From contig NW_003314281.1 in NCBI RefSeq assembly GCF_000143415.4, forward strand, positions 1,069,584-1,133,583: a stretch of DNA of 64,000 bases, written 5' to 3'. Source of the stretch: Selaginella moellendorffii. Lineage: Eukaryota; Plantae; Lycopodiophyta. The translations under genes were made by a program, and so were the position numbers. The notes beneath the pieces were generated by a model, which saw only the letters and a list, made by a program, of their open reading frames with translations, was not told the DNA's origin and ran no database searches. The number at the start of each line of letters is the position of its first letter. The stretch's first letter is position 1. Below are positions 50,756 through 62,886 of this stretch, piece by piece.

Positions 50756-53700
50756 TTAAATCTCACCTTGAACCCGGGTTATGAATGCTCTTGCTGCATC
50801 TCTTGCATGGTCTGGCAAGGTGATGGTGGCACTCTGCTTCTGCATCCAACCATGCACAACATTATCCACCGATATGCTCATGCTGGGATCCCTTGGATTC
50901 AGCACCCATCTCTTTTCTAGGCAATCCTTCGTATATCCGGAACTTGGCTTGAACCACTCCACAGTTACATTGAAGGAGTTAGTTTCTGCGTCCTCCTCTG
51001 CATCAGTGATGTAGCGCCCCACCCATATCATTTGTTTTTTATTACTGGGTCTGACAAGCACGACCATTCCTTTGCAGACTTGTACTGGATTGAATGCTGA
51101 ATCCGGCTTCTTGTTCCTCGGCCCACAATAGTGATCCTCAACATCGTTATCTGTCACTGCATTTCCAGAGGACATTGTTCCGCTACTATCTGGTGCTCTG
51201 GGTTCTGGCCAAAAGGACTCTTCCAATTCTTCATATACAACCGGCCCATTTTGGATAGCAAATATAATCTTCTCCCAGTATTCGAGCAAAGGCTTGCACC
51301 TCTTAAAATAGGATTCTCCACCAAACACCAACCCCCTCTTCCAGAAGGCAATATGCTGTCTAATCCCGGCCACTATACTTTCCTGGTCTTTGAGTCCATC
51401 CGGGTGCATCGGCCGTGGGGAACCCTGAGGAATCATAGGTTCCCCAGTTATGGGATCTCTCTTGAAGAGTTCAATGCCGTCCACTGGCAGCCACACTGTG
51501 TCCCATTCTCTCATCTTGTACCTCATCACTGGAGCACCGTCACGCATGCTGAAATGAAACTGAAGAGGCTTGGAGTGGCCAATCAGCGTTTCGGATCCGT
51601 CCCTGATGTAGCCTCTTACAAACCCCTTAAAGTCTGGAACCTCTGTCACAAGTGCAGCTTCAACAGTGCCTTTGATGCAATTTTGGAATTCATCGTAGAG
51701 TTGTGGGAGGGTGAGGACATTGGATCGCCGGAGGGACTCTGCCAGGTGACTGAACATGGCATCGATGTCTTCATGAGTGTGCCCAACCATGAGAAAGCCA
51801 AGTGTAACCGTTTCAAATATGCCTTTGGCAACAAGCATCGCCAAGTACGCGAAGACGTACATGTTTTTGTTCTCACTGCCAGCATTGTCTATTTGGAGCA
51901 GAAGATGGGGTGGAAGGCCACATCGGCCGCAAGAACTTCCTTGAGATTCTGCTTCGTTTGGATGAGGCTGTGCATTCACCGGGCGACCAGCCTCGTCGGA
52001 ATGGCATGAGGCCTCACGTGATAACCCTACAATCTGACGGCCAACATATTCACTGGGATGGCATGGGGCCCCACGCGATACTGCAAGCCTTTGCTCCTCC
52101 TCCAGCTGAACCCTGTATGGGGTTCGATCGACAAGGGCCTTATGCAAGGGTTGGCCGTTCAGCTCAGTCTGCGCACTTTGCAGAGACCTTAAGTGTTTTG
52201 CTAGGGACGCAATCATCATGTTTGCACCCCCGCCACCCCATAGAGGTACAAAGAAGTTCCCATAGTTCTGGGCACCATGCCCATGAGCGATTATGCCAAA
52301 CAGAGACACAGGCAGCTGCATGGATGAAGAGATTGCCTTGGGGGCAGGATTGAGTCGAGGTAAGCACGTCTTTTTCTGGTCCATTTTGTCGTGGATGATG
52401 CAGAGGTAAGAGTCAGGTCTCTCCATGGAGAGAATCCTGTTATGATAATATGTAGTCCTGCAGCTTCTCTGCTCGATGTTGTGGTCGAGCCGCCTTCTAA
52501 CCAACGTCTCTCGCTCTTGAGCGCTGCAAGAATTCTTCGACAAAGCCATTTTGATAGCAGTGCACTCGTCACACTTTGAAAAGCTGGAGTACTTTCCTAT
52601 ACTCACATCCCTGAACCTGTTGCTCCACAATCTACTAAATCTAGATTGGCTCAGCTTCCTGTAGCCATTACTCTGGAGTTCCCGATTCACATCTTCCAAT
52701 ATGGCCCCCTTGGTATACATGGAAGGGAGAACTCATTGGGTGTCTCGTGTTCCATCTTCCAAGAGGCGGGTTTTATGTGGTTGCTGCTTGCTACATGTCT
52801 CGACAAACCTTTTGAAGATTGCCTCTCCATATACAACATGACCCCTGGTTTTGTGCGTACCGTCGTTCCCATGGACTGCCTGTTGAACCCTTTGTTCCTC
52901 GAACTCAGTTTTGATTCTGTAGAATGTGGTTCGAGGGACTCCATAAATGATTCTCCATGCTTTCATGCAGACCAAACCCCTCTGGAAGACCATGCCCCCC
53001 ACCTGATGTTCTGAAGCATCAACAGATGACCGTAATGCCTCATACACAAAATTGCGAGCTGCCTTCCAGGACAATGTCTTGTATCTTGCTCTCTCCTCTT
53101 CAATAGCATCCCAATCAGCATGTTGACAGCACCTCCTCTTGCAACAAGCAACTGTCGAGACCATTCGAACCTCCATCGCCATTTTCTGCCTTTTCGGTTC
53201 GTTGCTCAGATCCCTTTGGCTGCACTGTAGGAAGGTGTACTTTCTTTTCCCATGAAGAGATGTTCTGTCATCAGTTGTAGTGGTGTTTGATTGTGAATCC
53301 TTCACATTCTCAAACACTAAATGCCTCAATTTCCACCGCACAATGCTTCCAATAGTCAGACTGTTTTCTTCTGTATCAACAACCTCTAAAATTGCAACTC
53401 CAATATCATCCCAGCCCAATTCTTGATTAGCAACCGCATCTCTTGGATCGACAACTGTGGCTAAGCCCTCAGCTACCACCTCCCCCTCGGGGTTGTTTAG
53501 AAACACCTTTGCCTGAATCCATGTAGCACGGTTCTTAAGATCCACGGAGGGAACATGCGTCGCACTTGCGCTGTCCCCAACATCTGCTTTCTTCTGCAGA
53601 TTTTTCAAGGCAACAACAACATTTACCCCGACGACCATCTCTCCTCGTTCAATAGCGACCACATTCCCATCGAAGACAGTCTCTACTGATATAGCAGCAT

Positions 53701-53821
53701 TGCCTTCCCCAAGCCTTTGACAGTGTATAACAAAGTTCCGATCCATAGACACAAGGGTCCCTTTTGCAACTCTCTTCCCACCATTCAAAATGTAAACCTT
53801 TTCCCCAACCCTGAAGGCCAT
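50756..53821 (-). pseudogene. Sola-like DDD transposase (1,021 codons) interrupted by one in-frame TGA at 52735-52733
   Basis: ORFs 53821-52733 and 52720-50756 share a frame (...RDTQ*VLPSMYTK...). Motifs: CCKRRCC, FSKCDEC, IIHDKMDQ, LLLQIDNAGSENKN and FLMVGHTHEDIDAMFS. Confidence 0.8.
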
Positions 53822-54174
53822 TCTGAAAGTGCAGAAAAGAAGTTAAGACCATACAAAAAATGATTGGAGAATGGCCTAAATCATAACATACCAAATAGCA
53901 TGAGGCCACATGCCATTATTCAAACATGCTATTGACACCCACGTGAAATTTCGCATTCACAAAATTGGCATGAGGCCTCATGCCATTTTGATATACACAC
54001 AGCTGCAGGCAAGTAAAAACATACATGACAATACGCTAGCCATGAAATTGCAAGGGCCCAAGATGGCATGTGGCCTCATGCCATTTCTAAATGTGGTCCT
54101 AAACCATTCCATGGTGAACATACCAGGAAGCACAAGTGCCGAATATCAAGAGGAAGCGGTAGCCACACCAAAGA

Positions 54175-54310
54175 CAGTGCCGCTCGCAACACCGCAACTA
54201 CTCGTAGCGCCGCTCGCAACACCGCAACTGCTCGTAGCGCCGCTCGCACAAACTGCCACTCGCATAAACTGCCGCTCGCAATGGCGCTCGCAATGCCGCA
54301 ACCGCTTGTA
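54175..54310. repeat. GCCGCTCGCA-based tandem repeats (30-bp unit) upstream of the transposase
   Basis: gccgctcgcaacaccgcaactrctcgtagc occurs twice, plus further gccgctcgca units. Confidence 0.8.
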
Positions 54311-54620
54311 GACGCATAAACCACAGCTCACAACGCCGCTTACACAAGCAGCGCTCACTGCGCTCAGTGGAACCAAGAACACGGCGCACAAAAATGATAG
54401 ACCTAGGAATGAGTTCGAGAATTCAAAAATAATACACGCTTGAACGTCACATCAAATCCTCTGACAAACCAGATCTTATGATTCCTCTGACAAATTTCAA
54501 ACTGAGTAGCTTCTAGACTTTGCTGTCGGAGGTTGAACTTTGTCACATCATGTCCTTGCCTCGATCCAGCTGTGCCATGTCAGTGATTCGAACTTTGCCA
54601 TGCCATGTCAGCGATCCGCG

Positions 54621-56462
54621 CCAAGATTATTCGCCGTGTAAAGGAATAATTATGCTGTGTGTGTACGTCCATTTATGGCAATATAAGGCCACATGCCATT
54701 CAAAGAATAATGCTAGTCGAGCATCTTTTGGTGCATTTTTGGGTTCAAAATTGCATGAGCCCACATGCTATAAAGTTTACCTGTACCAAAAATAGAAACA
54801 GCTTTATTTACTTGGGAATTTATATGGCTGAGGCATTTTTAAACTTACAAACACATGCCCTACTTACATTCCTTTGGTTGCTTAAAATTCAAAAATATTA
54901 TAAACCTTTCTTTTTGCATTTTCAATGTTTTCAATTATGGTTTTTGATTTTCGCAGGACCAGCCTAGTAATCTATTTGCATCCTGTCATGTTTATAGCTA
55001 GCTTTCGTTTGTCCCCTTCGCTAGCCTGAGATACATCTGCTCGGCATCTGCCTCTTACAGCATTTGCCCAGAAAGGGCATCTTTCTTCACGCAGCATTTG
55101 CCACATGTTTAGGGTTAGGGTTTAGGGTTTAGGGTTTAGCAATTCAGTAGCTTGATAAACATGCAAATACAGAACTTGATACAAAATCCTTTGATATGTC
55201 ACAATGCCCCTAGGACCATAAACACATTTCAATAGAGAGAGTCCTTTCATTTCATAACTCCTTACGTAGATCTTGGTGAAACCAGAGTTAGTGAAGTTGG
55301 TTTCTTGTGATCCCGCATCTGATTGTGATGTCCCTTTGCAGTGTCAATGGAAAGGTCAATGCACACCAAACTGTAGAATCTTGGAGCAAAATAACGGTCG
55401 GATCTATGGCAAATGCCCCTGAAACATTGTAAGGCTCGTGTGGTCTCATGTGGTGTCCGATCAAGATGCTTCTTTGCAGGGTCATCAAGAAGGACATTGT
55501 ATACCATTCTGTAAAATCTGGTTGCGATCTAACGGTTGGATCTCCAGGAAACTCAAAATAATCTCGCGCGTGTTAGAATATTCTAGGAATATACTCCTAT
55601 GTGCTCCAAGATTATTCGCCGTGTAAAGGAATAATTATGCTGTGTCATTTATGGCAATATAAGGCCACACGCCATTCAAAGAATAATGCTAGTCAAGCAT
55701 TTTTTGGTGCATTTTTGGGTTCAAAATTGCATGAGCCCACACGCTATAAAGTTTACCTGTACCAAAAATAGAAACAGCTTTATTTACTTGGGAATTTAAG
55801 TGGTTAAGGCATTTTTAAACTTACAAACACATGCCCTACTTACATTCTTTTGGTTGCTTACATTCCTTTGGTTGCTAGCTTTCGTTTGTCCCCTTCACTA
55901 GCCTGAGATACATCTGCTCGGCATCTGCCTCTTACAGCATTTGCCCAGAAAGGGCATCTTTCTTCACGTAGCATTTGCCACATGTTTAGGGTTTAGCAAT
56001 TCAGTAGCTTGATAAACATGCAAATACAGAACTTGATGCAAAATCCTTGGATATGTCACAATGCCCCTAGGACCATAAACACATTTCAATAGAGAGGGTC
56101 CTTTCATTTCATAACTCCTTACGTAGATCTTGGTGAAACCAGAGTTAGTGAAGTTGGTTTCTTGTGATCCCGCATCTGATTGTGATGTCCCTTTGCAGTG
56201 TTGATGGAAAGGTCAATGCACACCAAACTGTAGAATCTTGGAGCAAAATAACGGTCGGATCTATGGCAAATGCCCCTGAAAAATTGTAAGGCTCGTGTGG
56301 TCTCATGTGGTGTCCGATCGAGATGCTTCTTTGCAGGGTCATGAAGAAGGACATTGTATACCATTCTGTAAAATCTAGTTGCTATCTAACGGTTGGATCT
56401 CCAGGAAACTCAAAACAATCTCGCGCGTGTCAGAATATTCTAGGAATATACTCCTATGTGCT
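54621..56462. repeat. Internal tandem direct duplication (54621-55605 and 55606-56462) between the two transposon genes
   Basis: Both units start ccaagattattcgccgtgtaaagg and end atactcctatgtgct; paired ORFs 55262/56119. Confidence 0.92.
55108..55139 (+). repeat. Short interstitial telomere-type repeat (TTTAGGG)n
   Basis: tttagggttagggtttagggtttagggtttag. Confidence 0.85.
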
Positions 56463-56885
56463 GAAAATGGCATGCAGCCCCACGCCATTCAAGAGATAAC
56501 GCCAGATGATGCCGAGCATTTTTTGGTGCATTTTTTAGGATCAAAATTGCATGAGCCCACATGCTTGAACGTCATCCTCTGACAATTTATTTAGCTGAAC
56601 ATCTGGCATTTTTGGAAATACAAGATGCTTTGGAATATCCAATCATGCATGGTATAAATATAGCGAGGGTATTAAATGATATCCCAATCATGATCTTTCT
56701 TTTGGATTTCGCGTGCATGCAGTCCGAGGAATGATGACGTTGCAGATTTCTTTTGGATTTCACGCATGCGCGCGCCGATCCAGAAATTAATGGTGGCGCC
56801 CAAGTCCGAGAAATGATGACGTGGCGGGATTACCAACCGTCGTGACATTTCGCGCGTGTGAGGTTAGGTTTTGCATTTTGCTTCG

Positions 56886-57060
56886 TACTCGCGCTCGCAC
56901 ACTCGCGCTCGCATCGCGCTCCCACTCGCGCTCGCATCGCGCTCCCACTCGCGCTCCCACTCGCGCTCCCACTTCTCTACAGGTTTCTCGTGTGCATCGG
57001 CGTCCACTCGCGCTTGCATCACACTCGCGCTCGCATCGCGCTCGTGTGCATCGGCGTCCA
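56886..57060. repeat. ACTCGCGCTC(G/C)C-based tandem repeats upstream of the cargo gene
   Basis: About 10 imperfect units of (c)actcgcgctc(gc/cc). Confidence 0.8.
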
Positions 57061-57263
57061 CTTCAAGACACACCCAGTTTGTAACTTCGCCGCCAACTCC
57101 GCCGCCCACTCCGCCACCCACACGCAGCCCACTTGGCGTCTCGGGAGATTTCAGCGCCACTCTCCAACTGTAAGTGGCAGAGTAGCCTTGCTGCTACGAT
57201 CCGCTGCACACACAGTGCACATTTGCCAGCGAGTCCGGTTGTCACGCCTCCATTCGGCTTCAA

Positions 57264-60200
57264 ATGGTAAGTCTTTTAGGCCAAGTAGAAAATGGCATGA
57301 GGCCACATGCCATTCAGTAGCAACATTGGCATGCACTGATTGGGCTCTCGAGTGCAGTCCGGTTACAGATGGCGTGTAGCCTCACGCCATCTTAGGATGC
57401 AGCCTCAAGACATCTGATGCAGTGGTGAATGGCGTGTGGCCTCACGTTATTTCCAGCTACTAGCTTTTCATCTGTCAGCTCTAATTGTTGTGCATTTCTG
57501 AACAGGCGAGGAATTGCGTTCTTCTTCCAGCCACTGTCAATGTGGATGCAGAGAAGGGGGAGGAGCTCACCAGTTGGACTTTCGGGATGGAAGGCGAGGA
57601 TCTGAGGCTGTACAACACAGATGGTGGGAGAAAAGAATGCATGGGGATCCTCATCCAAGTGACAGACACTCCATGCAGTTCCATGCAAGAATATGGACTG
57701 GCACTTGTGGTAGAGACAGCGTCTGCCTTCAAGATCCACCTTGCACATCCTAGCGGCTTCCCGGAGGGGGGCAGCGGTTATGAGGAATTCCTAGAGGGAG
57801 CTAGGGAGAGGTTGTCCAGGAGGCCCACAATTTCAAAGACGCTGCGGGTCTATGAAGATCACATGGAATCCACGGACCTCACCTACGGCGATGTTCAAAA
57901 ACTATATTCCAACATTGAGCTGTTGAGAGTGACTCCAGTTCGTGAAGCAAAGGGGAAGGGGGTCGATCTGGAAACTACCTCGAAGCAGAAAAGGGTGGTC
58001 AAGCTCAAGCCGACGTCCGACTCTCCTGCTCCAAAAAAGAAGCTACTCAGTGATGCCATTGCCTCGGGTTCGAACACTACACCCACCAAAAAGAAGAGCC
58101 GCAAAGAGCAGAAAGAGCAAGAAGAGGCAGCAAAAATTGTCGCAGATAATAGTACTTGTTACTATTCCAACAAAGTATATACAATCGACGTGAGCCGTAT
58201 CGACATCCAAAGCAAATACAACCACAAGCTAGTATCTGATGAGTGGGTGGAGAAATTGAAGCAGAAGATGCTGGCAAGTCCAGTAACACCCGACATCACA
58301 GACGTGATCCCCTACTACCAAAAAATGAAGGGCGAGATGAGGTTTCCAGACTTGATCAATAGGAAGGTGTTGGACGATCAGAACATCCGGTTCTATGTCG
58401 TCTCCGGGCAGCATTCTAGCTTGGCGATGCAAGAGATAGTTGTGGATATTATGGTGGGCGAGGAGGTGAAGAAAGTCTTCAAGACAAGAGTTGTCCGCCT
58501 GATAAAAGGCAACTCGCCCCTCCGATCTATCATATACATCTCCCACGCGCAGAATGTCAAGCAAGAAACGTGCTACAAATCGGGTCTGCACGAGACATTG
58601 GCACGAACACGGAAGCTCTGGGTTCAACTGAAGAAGCCACAAAAACCAGGACAAGGACGTGCACTAGCAACTAGCGCCTGGCAGGTAAGCCTCATTGTAT
58701 GTGGCATAGCATGTGGCCTCACGCCATTTCCATTGCAGGAATTCTCGAGTCTTCTCTCGAAAACACTGGGGGTCAATGACACACTCAGCATCCATAACAT
58801 TCTACTCGCGACAAAAGTTGTTTTTGACAAATGGGTAGATGTGCTGAGGAGGTACCATGACGGGGAGTTGCCAAACTCAATGGGTGTGGAGGACGGCCGG
58901 AAGCCCAATGATTTGAAGCTCAACGCCTTGCGTTTCTCGCGGTCTCTAGACGACGACGACCTTCTGACAGTGGCTAATGCTCTTCTACGTGGTGAGGTTA
59001 TCTTCAACAAGACCAAAATGACTCCCGGCCATATTGTGACATACGAGGACTTGTGCACGACTCTGAGAGCTCGTGCGCTATTGAAGGATTGGATCTTCGA
59101 GCAAGTGGCCGTGGAGAGGGTGAGCATCGACACCACGCAAGAGATGATGGAAGCGCTGGAGTTGTCAAATGAAGACATCGACGAGTACGTGAAGGGGGCC
59201 CCCAAGTTCATCGATCTGCTGCGGGATGCCACGAAAAGTAAAGCTGAGAAGTTGGATCAGTATCCAAATTTCATTAAGATTGATGTCGACCGCCGGCTTC
59301 AGAAACAGCTCGACCCCGCAGTAGAGGCCTATCGAGAACCTTACCGGGTATACTTGAATTCGGATGAGGATCAAAGGTGGAGGAGCATCGTTTCCCGCGG
59401 AGATGAGCAGGTCAAGAACATCTTTTGTGTGATGGACTTCACAAACGAGGAGATCACTCATGCAGACGAAGTCAGCTCCATCATTGACTTAATGGTGGGA
59501 CTTGCGGAGGTGGAATCTTCAGTCCACTATATGATCTACGACTTCGAATCCTATCACAAGTTCTGGAAGGCCTTGAACGAGGTGAAGGCTCGGTTGAAAG
59601 GCAAGGAGATGCGGGAGATCCATGGGATAATGGCTAAGAAGAAGATACCGACGAATGTCCGCATCTTCACACTCGCCCTTGTTATTGGTCCTGCAACAGA
59701 GTGGGACTGGAGTGACTTCCCAGCTTCGTTCGACAAGGCCAATCGAATTGATCTGAGGGAGGTCAATTTACCCGTGCCTGAGGAACTGAAGACGGCTATG
59801 GAGCTTTCGAATCCAAAGAAAGCTCCAGGTGCAGCATGGGAAATGCTCAGCTGGGTCTTCAACGCAATAGCGGGTGGGTCACCTGCTTCCGACTCCAAGG
59901 GCAAATGCGTTGTCGAGTACAACTGCGGCGGACTATTCTTTCGAGCCGCACTACTCAAGGGTGTCCCGTGTGTTGCGGTGACAAACTCCATTGAAGAGGT
60001 GACTTCAATGGAGCATATAATTACAGTTGCCAAAGAAAAACAGTATCTTCTCTGCGAACCTGGTGAGTACGCACTTTAAGTTTAAATATTATCTCACAAG
60101 CTCTGTATGCAGGAGCGTGGCCACCCCCAGATGCTGAAACGGCGTTAACAGCTACTGTTGAAGATACCCATGTTGGGCCGAGCTCACAACCTGCACAAGG

Positions 60201-62886
60201 TAAGGTCACGTGAGGCCTCACGCCATTTTGATTATAGATCGTTGTGAATATTCAGACACGAGGACTGAAAAGCGCACTGGTGGCGCATCGAAGAAGGACA
60301 AACAGAAAAGCAATAGGAAAAAAGGAGGTACAAATTATATTTGCAATGGCGTGTGGTCTCATGCCATTCCTTGCAGGAGAAACTTCTTCAAAGGCAAAAC
60401 AGGCAAGCACCAGCCAAGCTCAAACTGACAGTGGTCATAAAAAGCGAAAGCACGTTGGACAGTCGTCGAGATCAGAGGCGTTTGATTCGAAAAGGAAGAA
60501 GGGCAACGAAAAGATGATAGGTAATGCCTCGCGGTTATGGCGTGTGTGCTCATGCCATTCATTGCAGATCAAGGGCTGAGTGAAAGCAGGCAGTCACCAC
60601 CTCATGACTCAGATTCCTATGGCGGACTCCCCTTCCCCAATCTCAATGGAGAGGTACAATGGATGAGGGAAGCTTTTCAAGGCAGGGCCACGTTTTTCTC
60701 ATCTCGTCGTCTTCGAAGGGTGCAAGAACGTGCAGAAACCATGTTAAGACAGTCGGGTGAGGATACGGTCCTAGGTCACGCACTAAAACAGGCTATGGAT
60801 GTCTTGTATTTTGAGATGGAGACTCGGCCAGATGATTTTCCCAAGATGGTCCTGGAAGAACAAGCCATCCAGCCTGAGCAGCCTATGGAAGAAATGCAGG
60901 AGGGGGATGAGGAGCCAGAGAAAGATAATGAGCAGGAAGAGCAGAAGGACGAAGAGGAGGACAAAGAAGAGGAGGATGAAGAAGAGGAGGACGAAGAGGA
61001 CTTGGATGGTCCTCACAATGGTGACGATCACAATAACGACGACGACGATGATGACGACGATGGCCAGCCTGAGGTGGCCAAAGAGCGGCGGAGGAAGGTC
61101 ATACAAGACAAACCATCAGGTAAATAATAATACATCCATTCCTAACCTTTTACCATTTCTAACATTGTCCATGTAGGTCGCAGAGCAAATGGTAAGTAGA
61201 GATTATTCAGTTGAATTTACAAACTCTAGCCTTTAGTGTCGAGGAAGGATAGTGCCAAGCAAGGGTCGAAACGTATGTCCAATCCTTCAGAATCAGCAGT
61301 GCGCCCAAGTGATATCGGTCCTAGTTCCTCAATAGCAGTTGATGGTAAATACAGTATAGTCGATTCAATGTGCTAATGAGTTTGTTTTTAGTAGCACGGG
61401 AGGATACCATCTCAATCGAAGGGAGATATTTGGACATGCATATGGATCCGCCAGTGGACTCTACTTGGCTGCAAGAGTCATCAGAGCTGGTGGAGGCTAC
61501 TATACATATCAACGCCAAGCAAGCTGACCACGCTCCACTTGATGCTGCCCATACCACTGAGTCAATCTTGTCCACGTATCCAACTGACGGTGACCAGGCG
61601 CCATTGGACCCACATGAGGCCGCCCCAGCCGCCGAGCCGGTCGTATCCTCATTTCCAACGGACTCAACGTGTGCCCAATCGTCTGACTACGTGCCGTTGG
61701 AACCTCCCTACACCGCCCCTGCTGCCTGTTCGGTCATGTCCACTTTGCCAACGGAGGCACCAGCTGAAATGGCGTGTGATCACACGCCATCGGAACCACC
61801 CCATGCCACTGTTGAGCCAGTTGTACCAGAGTCTACAGCTGAAATGGCATGTGCCCACACGCCATCGGATGCGATTGACCCCACATTGCAGAGGAGAGTA
61901 TTTCCGCCCTTCACGTTTCCTCGACCAAAACCCTCTCAACGACCATCGGGAGCAACATTCGCTAATATTGTAGATGGTAAAATTAACTTGTACCATTTTT
62001 TATGCTGACGCATTTCATTTCAGAGTCACGGCGAAGGTACTGTATCGTTTTTGATCTGAACGGTGTCCTTTTCTCCCATGAGCGTGGCTCGTCCTCGAAT
62101 GTCATTGCACCCTCCAAAGCCTGCGGTCGCAAGTTGGTCAAAAGAGACAGATTCACATTAATCACACGGGAGAAACTGCGGGATCTAATAATGACCATGC
62201 GACACTTAAAACAGAGGGCCGGGTTCAATTTGCAATTGGGAGTTTGGACATCCATGATGCGCCACAATGCATTAACGTTGCTACAGATGATGCACGATCA
62301 GACGCGAGTAATATTACCATTTGACTTTCTCCTAACGCAGGAGGATTGCTTGACTATGGTCCATGTGAGGGGTAGCAAGCCCATCTTCGTCAAGCCAGAG
62401 GCTATAGTGATGAACCGGACTGCTAGCTCAAGTGAAATCCTCATCATCGATGACTCGCCGATTAAAACTGCAGCGAACACGCACACATATGCAGTGCACC
62501 CCATCTCTTGCAGTATGGAAACTAGGGAGAAGAAATCGTATGTTCTGGGGGACCTTGCAAAACGGCTTGGAGCGATGGTGATAGAGAACCGGCCAGTCCA
62601 GGAGGTGGCTGCAGAAATCAACCAAATGGCAGATGGAACGGTATATCAGAAGCCATTTGATCGGACAGACACCAGTCATCATTTATGGCATGTATATTGT
62701 CTAGCCAAGCACTATCCGCATCTCCATAATCTGCTCAACCGGATGGGTTCTTCGACCACTGAACATGAGCGTGGACGTATTAGAGAAGAGATGGCATTAC
62801 TATTGGGTTTAAATCCTGATAGTGTGGAGAGTGATGAAATTCCAAGATTATTGTATAGGCGTTGGAGGCAAAAAATAACAGTCTGA
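57264..62886 (+). CDS. Transposon cargo protein, ~1,640 aa: ParB/Srx-like domain + degenerate DNA amino-methyltransferase-like fold + acidic/Pro-rich linker + FCP1/NIF-type HAD phosphatase
   Basis: Eleven exons (57264-66, 57506-58684, 58739-60062, 60113-60199, 60256-60327, 60377-60520, 60568-61119, 61177-61191, 61237-61344, 61395-61976, 62024-62886), all with GT-AG introns, sum to 4,929 nt in one open frame. Motifs: FYVVSGQHSSLA; GKCVVEYNCGGLFFRAALLKGVPCVAV; IVFDLNGVL...LGVWTS...ILIIDDSPIK. Confidence 0.72.

Noticed and set aside
55108-55139. TTTAGGG tract as a chromosome end or fusion scar
   Set aside because: Only about 4.5 units, internal to a duplicated transposon segment.
56858-57379. 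ORFs with ALPLALPL / REWERE repeats
   Set aside because: Translations of the CG-rich microsatellite, not credible proteins.
51131-59232. Long antisense ORFs 51131..52009 and 58624..59232 (also 22203..22916)
   Set aside because: Antisense shadows of real coding regions, with no recognisable motifs.
53895-60558. 22-bp palindromic repeats as a CRISPR array
   Set aside because: Spacing is irregular (tens to thousands of bp), the context is eukaryotic, and there are no cas genes.
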